64,000 nt of DNA. Source: Octopus vulgaris (lineage: Eukaryota). Position 1 is the first letter of the stretch; each line of letters begins with the position of its first letter. The translations under genes were made by a program, and so were the position numbers. This document shows, in pieces, positions 1-12,235 of this stretch. Where the stretch lies: assembly GCA_951406725.2 (NCBI GenBank), contig OX597829.1:20956001-21020000 (forward strand), given 5' to 3'. A model generated the notes under the pieces. The model ran no database searches. It had not been told where the DNA came from and saw only the letters and a list, made by a program, of their open reading frames with translations.

Positions 1-1791
1 CTAATCTATTATGAGTTATGTTATAAAACTGTATAAAAAAATAAAAATGTTTATTGAATTTTTAAAAAAAATATGTTCAGATCTAGAAAATATATTATTT
101 TAATTTCATCCTAATTATGAATAATATGCCGTTATCTCAGAAATGATAATTACATTGTGACAAGTGAAGACTTGTATACTTGTTAATGTTGTTGGCTCTT
201 TCAAATAAATTAAGCGTTGTGCATCCTAATTCTTAGTTTAAAATGTTCCACACAATGCCTAACAGTCAAATTTTCAAATGTAACTAAGGGTTAAAAAAAA
301 TATAAAAGGATTATTATTGCTTAAACTTAGATAACTGAATGGCAATTTACAAGCATACAGATCTAGTTTAGAAGCATTCAGAGTTAGGTAAAATAAACTG
401 CAATATTACAAATATGTGGATTTAAAATAAAATTTGACTACTACATTTGAATAACAAATTTATATCAATCATTAATAGATATTCAATTTAATTATCTCAG
501 TTGAAGAACATTTTTCCATTATTCAGCAATTACAAATTAATCTATAAAATCAAGTAGATTTATTTTAATTTATAGGAGGTGTTTTAATGCTATTTCTCAG
601 GTGGTTTCAGTGGTTTTCAGAATTAAATTTACTTTAAAATAATGTTTTGAAAACATCTTACAAATTTTGGCTCCAACATAAAAAAATTTGCTATATTTCT
701 AAAGGCTTGTATATAAAGTTAGGAAACCAAGAAAGATAAACGAAAAGAAAATTTAGTTATGATTCAATTACTTTGAGAAAAGAATACACAAATTTTTAAT
801 AATTAAACAATATATAATAATACAAGCCTTATTTATTGCTGGACATTTTATTAATTATAAAAAAAAATACTCATTTTCAAAGAATAAAAAGAGTTTGCAT
901 ACATAGGACTCTTTCTTTTTTTATTAAGTATTCAAGAAAAATAATAAAAGTTTTATAGGTACTTTCTGTTAAATTTTGGCAAACATTTTTAAAATCCATT
1001 TAAAGAGCTTGTGTGGTTTAGATATGTATTATATTTCATTAATAAATTCTTTACATAAATACATAACTAAAGCAAAATATTATAAAAGTATCAAGCTTCA
1101 TAAAGTTTGAGTCCATTTGTACATATATGTATATATTTGTTTTGTTTATGTATGAACAGATGTGTGTGTGCATGTGTGTGTATGTATGTAAACTATGAAT
1201 ATAACCATTCTCAACAAATTATCAATCAGCAACTTCAATAATATCCTTTCATGAAATATTTATTTAAAAATCAACTGATTAATTGAAAATTTAACTGTAG
1301 TCAGAGAACATGTGCTCAATGAAAGAAGGAAAGGCTTGCTCTTTGAGGAAATGTTCTGCATAAATATTTAGAGCCAATTTAGTTCTGAATTGAAGCAATT
1401 AACCAATTTGCAATAGTATAGAATTAGACAGCTATTTTAGATTTTTACTAACAAATATAGCTATATGGATCTAATGGTTCAATGGCTTAATACTGTAGAT
1501 AAATTTAATTGTAATGTTTCATAATGAATCAAAATTTAAAACATTAAAAATGAAAATTACGTTTGAAATAAAATGGATAGTATTTAGAGCGGGAGGGAAA
1601 GGTAAAACAAAGGGTAGGGAGAGAAGATGATTGTGAAGAGATAAATAAAGAACTTTAACAAAGATTTTAAAAATATTAACAAATAATTAATTGAAACACA
1701 ATAATTTCCAATTAATATTTGTTGTTTTTATATAAAAACATAAGGTCGGTGAACAGCTCCAATCGTTATATCAATTAAGAGGAGGTCTTGT
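1..1791 (-). other. Probable NECAP 3' UTR / downstream region
   Basis: Transposon-poor AT-rich stretch after the stop; several minus-strand AATAAA (e.g. 50-55); true end unknown. Confidence 0.5.
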
Positions 1792-1828
1792 TCAAAACTG
1801 AACCCAATTGCTGGCAGAACTGTGTGAA
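1792..1828 (-). CDS. NECAP: NECAP exon 7, terminal coding part (SHSSASNWVQF-stop)
   Basis: C-terminal WVQF AP-2 alpha-ear motif then TGA; acceptor TTTTCCAG; phase matches exon 6. Confidence 0.95.
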
Positions 1829-2041
1829 CTGGAAAACAAAACAGAATATTTATAATTACAGAAAGATTAATAAATGTACAAGTTTTTCTATAATAAAGTA
1901 TGTTATTTAGCTAAAATATGTAAAATAAACACAAAAAAATATGCAATGCACATACATAAAAATCTACCAAACAACGATAATGTTTAAGGATTTAAATATT
2001 TTACACAAGACATATACTTGAAGTAACCAATTTTTACATAC

Positions 2042-2412
2042 CTGGTAAAGTCACCCCAGCTAGAATCTACAAGTGTGTTATTACTTGCACCAGACGCATT
2101 ATATAAAGGAGATATAATTTTATTAGATGAATCAGTTCTGCTGGTAGATGCATCTGTTGCAAATTTGTTGTTTGTGCCCAAATCGCACAACAAATCTTCA
2201 ATGGCAGTTACTGATGATGGCTTATTATTTGGAATGTTTTCATGACTTCCTTGAATGGCTGTTGCTTTTGTATGATTTGTTGAGCTTGAAATTTGTTGGC
2301 TACCAGAGGAAGGCATTATTTTGATATTAGGACCTGGTGGAGGAGGAAGTAATCCTCCAGCAGTAGCAGGTCCTTTTGATCGTTGTTTCGTCCCACTTTC
2401 ATTGCGCTTTAC
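2042..2412 (-). CDS. NECAP: NECAP exon 6 (VKRNESG...GGLLPPPPGP...IEDLLCDLG...VDSSWGDFT)
   Basis: Open frame with LLPPPPG and WGDF motifs; acceptor TTTAG; donor AG|GTATGT; 371 nt; overlaps ORF 1984..2316. Confidence 0.92.
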
Positions 2413-2499
2413 CTAAATCAAGAATAAAAGGATTATTCACAAATTTATTTTCACTTTAAACAAATATGCATGGAAAAAGAAAAGTCATCTAATCATAAA

Positions 2500-2920
2500 T
2501 CATCATCATCATTATTATTGTTTAACGTCCGCCTTCCATGCTAGCATGGGTTGGACGATTTTGACTGAGGGCTGGCGAACCAGATGGCTGCACCAGGCTT
2601 CAATCTTGATCTGGCAGAGTTTCTACAGCTGGATGCCCTTCCTAATGCCAGCCACTCTGAGAGTGTAGTGGGTGATTTTTACGTGCCACTGGCACGGGGG
2701 CCAGTCAGGCGGTACTGGCAATGACCTCGCTCGAATCTTTTTACACGTGTCACTGGCACAGGTGCCAGTGAAGCGTCACTGGTAACGATCACACTTGAAT
2801 GGTGCCCTTGTACATGCCACGGGTACAAAAGCCAGTTGGCTGCTCTGGCAACAATCACACACGGATGGTGGGGTACGGAAGCCAGTTGGCTGCTCTGGCA
2901 ATGATCACGCTCAGATGGTG
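2500..2920 (-). mobile_element. RTE 3'-end copy (family B)
   Basis: (CAT)n-tttaacgtccg..ttccatgctagcatgg, ggatgcccttcctaa, tandem ttttacgtgccac units. Confidence 0.85.
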
Positions 2921-2984
2921 ATCTTATATAACCCAAAAAACAAACAAGAAAAAGAAAGTTTGAAAATATAGCAATATATTTCAT

Positions 2985-3335
2985 CTTTTACTTGTTTCAG
3001 TTATTGGACTGTGGCCATGCTGGAGCACTGCCTAGAAGGCTTTAATTAAACAAATGGACCCCAGTACTTTTTAAGTCTGCTATTTATTCTATTGGTTTCT
3101 TTTGCTAAACTGCAAAATCAGGGGATGTAAATAAACCAACACTGGTTGTTAAGAGGTGGTAGGGAACAAACACACACATACATGCATACACGTGTTTCTG
3201 TGTGTGTTTTTATGTTTGTCCCCCACTAGTCTCTGTCCACCAAATCCACTCACAGGGCTTTGGCTGGCCCCAGATTAAAGTAGAGGAGACATACCCAAGG
3301 TGCTATGCACTGGAACAGAACCCAAAACCATGTTA
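2985..3335 (-). mobile_element. SINE family A copy
   Basis: Shared cttttacttgtttcag...gccatgctggagcac...caaatccactcac consensus. Confidence 0.8.
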
Positions 3336-3718
3336 TGTACATACTAGCTAAGTTACCCAGCCTTGGACCAATGAAAATTAGATCATCACGTTGAAATGAA
3401 AGAATGATTTTTTTTTGGAAGAAAATTATCCAGAAAGAAGAAAAATAGTTTCTGTAAAGGAAACAGAGCGGCTTAGAAAAGTATTTCTTTCTTGCAAGTT
3501 ACACAGTGTTAGGAAAAGCATCCAGCCATAGAAACCATGCCACAGATGACATTAGAGCCCAATGTGACCCTGCAGCTCACTAGTTCCCTGTCAAACCATC
3601 CATCCATGCCAACAATAGCAGATGTTAAATGATGATGAAAATGATATCATTTTAATGTACACACATAAAAAGGGGTGAAAATTATCACCGGGGAGAAAAA
3701 ATTTATTGGTGAGGTTAC

Positions 3719-4470
3719 CTTTTACTTGTTTCAGTCATTAGACTTCAGCCAAGCTGGAGCATTGCTTTGAATGTGTGTGTGTGTACCAGCATGAGACACT
3801 ATTTAGTTTGTTTTTTTTCTTTTAAGGTTGGTACTTATTATATCAATCTGTTATGCTGAACGGACATAAACAAACAATACTTGTTGTCAGGTAGTGGTGT
3901 GGTACAAACACACACACACGGTGGGCTTCCTTTCAGTTTCCATCAACTGAATCCATTCAGAAGGCTTTGGTTGGCCCAGGACTATAGGAGAACACAGTGG
4001 AACTGAAACCAGGACAATGTGGTTGGGAAGCAAACTTCTTCCCATAAAGCCTTGCCTATATTCTTTCATTTGTTCCAGTCATTTGACTGCGACCATGCTG
4101 GAGCACTGGCATTTTTTTAAAGTTGAACAAATCAACCCCAAGACTTATTCTTTACAAGCTTAGTTCTTATTCTATCAGTCTCTTTTGCCAAATGCTAAGT
4201 TACGGGGATGTAAATACACCAACATCAGTTGTCAAGTGATGGTAGGGGGACAAGCACAGACACACAAACATGTACACACACACACACATACATACATATA
4301 AATATATATATATATATATATATACAGGCTTCTACCAAATCCACTCACACAGCATTGGTCAGCCGGAAGCTATAATAGAAGACACTTGCCCAAGGTTCCA
4401 CACAGTGGGACTAAACACAGAACCATGTGGTTGGTGAGCAAGCTACTTACCACAGCCACTCCTACGCCTA
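3719..4470 (-). mobile_element. Two tandem SINE family A copies
   Basis: Same consensus at ~3719-4055 and ~4065-4470. Confidence 0.8.
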
Positions 4471-4739
4471 AAACAAAATAGGAAGACAGGTGTAGGAACA
4501 ACAAGCAGGTGTATTAGTTTAATGCTCAGGAAGAATGGAAAACTCTTTTACATTTCAAGCCTGCACTCTTTGACAGAAAGGATTAAGAGAAAAAAAAAAA
4601 ACGGAGAAAAAAAATGAGAAAAAAATGTGCAGAGTTCAACGGTCCACTTGTGTGTGTGTGTATGTATGTATGTATGTATATGTCAGCATGGAACATGAAA
4701 ATTAAATGATGATAATGAGATACACATACATGCATGCAC

Positions 4740-5290
4740 ACTGAATGACTTGAGTGAGGTATTTAGGGTGAGTGCAGCTGTCCATGAAGGTTCAGTCCTC
4801 TCCTATTCATCATAGTCTAAAAATCCAGCAAGGATGAATTTAAGACTGGTTGCCCATGGGAACTCCAGTATGCTGATGATCTAGTCTTCATAGCTGAATC
4901 TATAGGGAGTTTACAGTAGAAATTTCAAGCCAAGGTATAAATGCCATATGCTGTACTTGATGTAAGCTATGGACACACAAGAGATATAGTGGAATCACTG
5001 GCAGACTGTCCAAGAATGTACACTTTCCTATGTGACAGATGCACCAGAGCAGTACGTCCTATGAACATTTTGGAAATAGACTACCTTGAATGCCTGGATG
5101 GCTCACTAGATGTCGTTGATAGAATGATTTTATCTAGGTGATATAATCAGCAAGAGAGGAAGTTGCTTTGAAAGTGTAGTAGCCAGAGTGGTGGAAGCTG
5201 ACATCAGGACCCTGAGCCTCATGGAGGAGATAACAAAGGACTGACATGTCTAGCAGTATGTGGTCCTCACGAAGACATAGCCATTGCAGT
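4740..5290 (+). mobile_element. Degraded RTE LINE fragment
   Basis: VH.GSVL and GCPWEL.YADDL remnants resembling the RTE at 9070-10722. Confidence 0.7.
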
Positions 5291-6722
5291 GAAACTGACT
5301 TCTAGAAGTAGTGTGTGTATATATTATAAATATGTGCACCTCACCCAAATCTCCTCCACTCTAATTTCTCCCACAGCAGCTTCCCATCTTTTGATGCTAC
5401 ATTTTCTCATCCATTTATACTGTTCTCTACACTTACACAATAAACTTATCTTTCCCATCCCCACACTGGGCCAGCAAATTCTATCCCCATGCACTATGAC
5501 CAAATCTCTTTTCTGCTTCTACTGTAGATAGGGGGCATGTGGTTTAGTGATTAGAGTGTTGGACTCCAATCTTCAACCCTACTTGATTCTTAGACATTAC
5601 CCACCCTTTCTATTTCACCTATTTCTTGTACCACCTCCTCACATCCACTCCTAGTTTCTCTGTCCCCATTCACTTCCACTCACCTCATACTTTGAGGTGC
5701 TACCTTGACACCTCATCACCAATATTTATCTCTTTACAGTTACTACTGATTCATTTTTCACTCTCTCCTAAATATGAATAGCCATGTAGCCACCCTACAA
5801 GAACCTGCACTGTCCCACCACCATCTCTCAAACCTTAACCCTCATCTGCTAGCATAAATCCCTGTTCCTGAAGTTTTATAAGCTCGTGAGCTGCATAGTG
5901 ACCCCACTACTGCCGATGGCAGAAGAAAAGCACCCAGTACACACTGTAAAGTAGTTGGCATTAGAAAGAGCATCCAGTTATAGAAACTATACCAAAACGA
6001 ACACTGGTGTATGATACAGACCTTCGATCCACCTGATCCTGGTCAAACCAACGAACCCATGCCAGCAAGGAACATGGATATTAAATGATGATGATGGTAT
6101 AAATATACATATAGGCATAGCAGTGGCTGTATGGTAAAATGCTTGCTTCCCAACCACTTGATTCCAGGTTCAATCACACAATCATACACACATTCTCTTA
6201 TTGGCATGGTTAACATAGTTATTTTGATGATCGATAATTCACAGAAATAACAGAGATCTCAGAATTCCACTGACATTTTATGTTTTTACTATCCTCCTTA
6301 CATATAATATTTGGCAGGTACCAAACCAAAGAAATTACTGTTATTACCATAAAAATTTTAAATAATCAACAAACATATTTATTATATCTATTAATTATCA
6401 GGTTTACTACCTGAATTTGGAAAAAATGTAATATCTTATATGTAATAATTCATTAATTTACTGGGTTATGAAATTCTTGTTTGGCATATTATATGAAAAT
6501 TTTCGTGTCTGATTTCAGTTCTCTTTTTGAAAAGCATTCACAGCTAAAGAGGTGGATAATTGAGGCTATCACTTCATTTATCACTCACTCTCTTACTGAC
6601 ATGTGCAAAAGATAATATAAACAAAACATTTTGCTTGCTAAGTGATTACAAACACTACGTTACATTGATCAGATTAAAACATACTTAGCATTAAAAAAAA
6701 AAAGAAGTTTTTAGCAACTTAC

Positions 6723-6831
6723 ACCAATATTTAATTTCATAGTTTGCCCTTCTTTTAGACTGAGGTCAAGTTTTGGGGCACTAGTTAAATCTTTGGACAT
6801 TTTCTCCATCTCTTGTTCTTGTTTTAACCAT
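6723..6831 (-). CDS. NECAP: NECAP exon 5 (WLKQEQEMEKMSKDLTSAPKLDLSLKEGQTMKLNIG)
   Basis: PKLDL..KEGQT.KLNI (KEG/Ex motif); acceptor TTCAG; donor GTAAGT; 109 nt, ends phase 0. Confidence 0.95.
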
Positions 6832-7649
6832 CTGAATGTGCAGAATTAAAAAAAGCCACAATAAACGTAAATTTTCAAAATGAAGAGAAAAAATATCTAA
6901 AATGTATTAAATATACATATTTTGTTTTTACAAGAACTATGAAGTAAGAACTACATAATAACATGAAAGCATAATGCTTATTTCAATAAAATATACAAGT
7001 GTATATAACCCTTGTTCTTTTAAAAAGATCTAAACGAACAATAAAATAAATGTAATAATGAAAATTATGAAGGAGATTCCCAGGTTCAATAATTCATATG
7101 AATGATAGATAAATGTACATCTAGGTAATTCCAGTTGAATTATAACACCCACCTGGAAAAAAAAACACACAAAAAAACAAACAAGATAGTACAGCTATAA
7201 AAGAAAAGTTAAATGTATGTTAATCATGTCATTATAGTACTAGGTGGCCTCCCCTGTTTGTTGTACTATTAGACATCAGTCTTGTTTTGAGGCCATCCTC
7301 CAGTTAGTAGCAAGTACTTTGTTAAAATATGGAATAAAATCTGAGAATGGTAGATGTTAAATAAATCTTTATTTTATTTCAATTTATTCAACATTTTATC
7401 ATAAAAAATTTCCTCTGCCATGAACATTTGGATGCTAACCTCGGTGATACACATACTGTTGAACAGTGGCTACACTGGCAGAAAACACTTCAAAACTTTA
7501 TTGCATTGCTACCAGTTGAAGGACAAGATTACAAGCTGAATCTCTTAATCAATTATGTATCACTTAAATTGATTGAAAATATTGCTGATGTGTCTATATA
7601 TGATGCTGCTATTAATGTTCTGCCAGCTATATGCATCAAACCAAAAAAT

Positions 7650-8200
7650 GTGAAAGATGAAAAGTGGAACGACTTTTGGGAGGTGACTGCAGATTTAACA
7701 GGGTGCCAGGGATTCTTTCCCATCCCAGTTATGAAAAAGCCAGACATTTTAATGTGGTGTGAAGGAAAGAAAGTTGTAAAGCTAGTTAATGGTTCCTCAT
7801 GAAGATAACATGGACGTCGCTCGGGCTTAAAAGATTGACCATTATGTAAACCTTCTCAAGGAATGTGAAGACACAGGCTGGAAAGCGGAGCATTTTCCAA
7901 TCAAAGTCGGATGTAGAGGGCTTGTTGGACACAGTGTGAGACAACTGTTGTTATCATCGATATCCAAACTACAGTGGAGAAGGCTAGCCACTGGATTTGG
8001 TTAAAAAGAGACGATGAGCGATGGCTAGAAGAATATTGAGCTTTATTTGATAACCAGTTGATCTAGCAAGTAGGACTTCATATCAGTGAGGGGGCCTGGT
8101 GCACATTGATGCCATCAAGAGGTAGGCCCTGAAATGGCACGCGTTCTCTCCTGATGACCCCATACACTTGCTGGCTTCCGGTATGCAGAGTTCTCAACTG
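7650..8200 (+). mobile_element. 3' fragment of a HERO/R2-type non-LTR element (restriction-like endonuclease)
   Basis: KPDIL.W....KVV followed by EC...GW....PIKVGCRG and ASHWIWLKR, typical of HERO-clade C-termini; interrupts Gypsy gag. Confidence 0.75.
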
Positions 8201-9069
8201 GTAGCACTTGCATGAGCAAGTTGTTTGCAAGATATTTAAAAACATTAAAGCTCTTAAGCAAATGATTGCAACTTTAAAGCAGTAATTGCTGAGCAATACT
8301 AGGATGACTATATATGGAATATCTTTTGTTAATTGCTTTTCTTACTTGCAGGTCAGACAATGTTTACTTGAAAATAAATCACTAGATCTACAGATTGCAT
8401 ATACTCTGGAAATAGCTGCAAAATATTCTGTATCTTTTACTCTCAGTTAATGCAGCCAATGTTGAAGCTCCGAAGACTCAGCAGGAAAATTATTCTTGTA
8501 TGCACCTATATCACCACTCATCAGTTGCAGCTGTTACCCCAAATTTTACTTCTGTGAGTCAAAGTAACATCCATGATCAAAATATCCTACAAAGATATTA
8601 TGTAATGATTGTGATAAAAAGAGATATTACACCAAGACATGCCAATCTCAATCTACATCTTCAGTGGTATTCACAACAGATCTACACTCTCTGCTGCTTC
8701 ACCTCATTGTATGTCATGTTCTGTTATGGATATCCAAGGAAATCCAAAGCATAAGAAGACACAAGAAACTTGGAAAGCTCCCTTAAGGGACTAGTAAACA
8801 GACACAAGTGACAGGTAAATCCTATAGACGGTTACATCTCAATGTCATCTACCTCTTTAACGTCTAAGGTTAGTGGAGTTTCAAGTTAGTGCAGAATTTT
8901 CAAATGATTATGACTGTCTTACATTCACTGTCATTCCCAATTTTCGTTTTAATGTCATCCTGGGATAAAACTTCCTTATGCATTACTCTGCTACGGAGAC
9001 ACTATTTTGTGGGACTAAGCTTACTCTGACTGTCTGTGGTCTCACTACTGCTTCTGTCCCACCATCTTT

Positions 9070-10722
9070 TCATCATCCTCATCATTGTCATCATTTAACG
9101 TCAGCTTTCCATGCTAGGCTCCAATCTGATCTGGCAAAGATTCTACAGCTGGATGCCCTTCCTGATGCCAACCACTCTGAGAGTGTAGTGGGTACTTTTC
9201 ATGTGCCACTGGTGCGAGGGCCAGTCAGGCAGTATTGGCATCAACCACACTTGAATGGTGCTTTTTACATGCCACCGGCATGGGAGCCAGTTAGGCAGCA
9301 GTGGCAACAACCACGCTCAAATGGTACTTTTTACGTGCCACTGACACAGGACCAGTCAGGCGGCACTGGCATCAACCACATTCAAATGGTGCTTTTTATG
9401 TGCCACTGGCATGGATACCAGTCAGGCAGTAGTCATTGGCCGTGAGGTTATGGTCTCACTTGGCTTGTCGGGTCTTCTCAAGCACAGCATATCTCCAAAG
9501 GTCTTGATCATCTGTCATCACCTTTGTGAGGCCCAATGTTCAAAGGTCATGCTTTACCTCATCCCAGGTCTTCTTGGGTCTACCTCTTCTACAGGTTCCA
9601 TCTACTGCTAGGGTGTGACACTTTTTCACACGGCTGTCCTCATCCATTCGCAACACATGACCATACCAGTGCAGTTGACTCTCTTGCACGCCACATCTAA
9701 TGCTTCTTATGTCCAACTTTTCTCTCAAGGTACTTACGCTTTGTTGTGTATGCACACTGACATTACACATCCAGTGGAGCACACTAGCTTCATTCCTGGC
9801 AAGCTTACGTATGTCCTCAGCAGTCACGGCCCATGTTTCACTGCCATGTAGCATGGCTGTTCACACACATGCGTCATACAGTCTACCTTTCACTCTGAGT
9901 GAGAAGCCCTTTGTCACCAGCAGAGGTAGGAGCTCTCTGAACATAGCCCAGGCTATTCTTATTCTAGCGGCTACACTGTCAGAGCAACCAGTTCTGCTAT
10001 TGACTTGGTCACCTAGGTAATGGAAGCTATCAATTCCTTCTACTTTTTCCCCCTGGCATGTGACGGAAGCTGTTTTCTGCATATTTTCAGTGTTTAGTGC
10101 CCCTAAGCATTTGCCACACACAAAAACTATCTTCCCAGTTAACCTTCCTTTGATATTGCTGCACCTCTTATGTGTCCATATCTTACACCGGATACATCTT
10201 ATGGAGTTTCCACCTATGCCTTTTCTACAGATCGAGCAGGGCCATCTACCTGAAGGGATTTGTGAATTGTCTGCCTTCCTACTTATTAAGACTTTGGTTT
10301 TTGCTAGATTGACTCTAAGGCCCTTCAATTCTAGACCTTGATTCCACACCTGAAACTTCTCCTCTAGTTCTTATAGTGACTCAGCTATTAGAACAAGGTC
10401 ATTAGTATAAAGAAGCTCTCAGGGACAACCTGTCTTGAATTCCTGTTATTGCCTAGTGGACTATGATGAATAAGATAGGGCTAAGGACTGATCCTTGGTA
10501 GATCCCTACCCCTACCCGGAATTCTTCACTATGCTCATTACCAACCCTCACCTTACTGACAGCAACCTTGTACATGGTTTGTACAGCTCTCACTAACCAC
10601 TCATCTATCCCTAGTTTCCGCATTGACCACCAGATTAGTGATCAAGGGACCTTGTCAAAGGCTTTCTCCATATCAATGAAAGCCAGGTACAGAGGTTTAT
10701 CTTTGGCTAGGTATTTCTTCTG
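9070..10722 (-). mobile_element. 5'-truncated RTE-clade LINE with minisatellite-bearing 3' UTR
   Basis: ORFs 9861..10349 and 9540..9854 (LRVNLAKTKVL, PHD-like Cys cluster, LHGSETW, LHWYGHVLRM, RGRPKKTW); continues into tandem units and a (GAT)n tail. Confidence 0.9.
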
Positions 10723-11605
10723 GGTATTTCTGTTTGATAATCTCATAACTGACTGCAAATTCAAGACATTCTTTGAATGATCAAAAATTTGTAAACTCTG
10801 AGCTAAGACATTTACTAAAGGATGGTATTATTGAGCCAAGTAAGTCTCCTTGGAAGGTTGAGATGTTGGTTACACCTAGTGATAACCATAAGAAATGCTT
10901 GATCATTGATTATTCTCAGACAATAAACTGCTATACATTGCTAGATACCCACCTTCTATCAAATATTGAAAATGGTCCTGGAGGTGGCACCATATAATGC
11001 CTTCAGTAGACTGGACCTATGATGTGCTTACCATGAAGTGAAAGCTGGTCATTGCTGGTACTAATTCGTAGATTCCTTTTGGAATTACTAACAATGTTGG
11101 TAACCTTCAACATATAATTGATGACATGATTGAAAAAGGACTCACACCCACCTTTGTATATACTGACAATGTAATTATTTGTGGACATAACCAGAAAGTC
11201 CATTATCACAACTTGAGGAATTTCTAGATGTGGTTAGCAAATACAATCATACTTTAAACAAAGAAGTGCTTACTTTCTTCTAAATGTATTAACCTGTTTT
11301 GCTACGCAATCAAGTAGCCAAGTAGGTTAATAACAGGATTAATTAGACTAGATCCAGAATATAAGGGACCATGACCCCATCTTCTTTAACCCAAAGACTG
11401 ACATCTATGAAGTGAGTAATGGCCTCATTAGTACTATGCAGATTGGATTTTGAATTTTCTGGAAAATTCCATCCTTTAATTACTACTAAATGCTTTCCCC
11501 TCTCCTTTTCAGCATTGCAAGTTTTTCAGAGTCTAAAGAAGGTCATTGCCAAATTTGCTGTGAAAGCTTATTGATCCTGGTGTGCCATTGCTGCCACCAA
11601 ATGTT

Positions 11606-11826
11606 TGCGGTGAGCTGGCAAAAACGTGAGCATGGGCAAAATGCTTAGCGGTATTTCGTCTGCCATTACGTTCTGAGTTCAAATTCTGCTGAAGTTGACT
11701 TTGCCTTTCATCCTTTCAAGGTCGATAAATTAAGTACCAGTTACGCACTGGGGTTGATATAATCGACTTAATCCGTCTGTCTGTCCTTGTTTGTCTCCTC
11801 TGTGTTTAGCCCCTAGTGGGTAGTAA
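11606..11826 (+). mobile_element. tRNA-derived SINE with Deu/Nin-like central domain
   Basis: gagctggca...gagttcaaattc head and gactttgcctttcatccttt..ggtcgataaa core; inserted in Gypsy pol. Confidence 0.75.
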
Positions 11827-12235
11827 AAAAAAAAAAATAGTGACTTTCTATACAAGAACACTTTCAGTTCATGAGCAGAAACATTCTTTTGTGAAAAGAG
11901 AAGCCTATACCATTGTGGAATGTCTAAAGAAGTTGAGACACTATCTACTTGGCCACCATTTCCAGTTGGTACCAGTTCAGAAATCACTTGCTTCTAAGCA
12001 TGAAAATAGATGGAGTGGTAAAATAAAGAATGAGAAAATCGTTGATATATATAGAATTCACTTGTTTTCAATATAACATAATGTATAAGGTCAGGAAAGG
12101 ACAATGTGGGTGATGACACTCTGTCCCAGAAGATAGGCTATAATGTTGGATATGGATGTACTTCATGGACTCCATAAGGATTTGTGCCAGCCTGACATCA
12201 CACAGATGCTTCATTTTGTGCATGCCAGAAATAAA

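Noticed and set aside
1984-2041. ORF extension YVKIGYFKYMSCVKYLNP past exon 6
   Set aside because: Read-through into intron 6; the spliced form restores the conserved WVQF end
9190-9420. Regularly spaced ~20-bp motifs resembling a CRISPR array (also 2680-2920, 17750-17900, 55860-56085)
   Set aside because: Intervening sequences resemble each other, so this is a tandem minisatellite in a LINE 3' UTR; eukaryotic context, no cas genes
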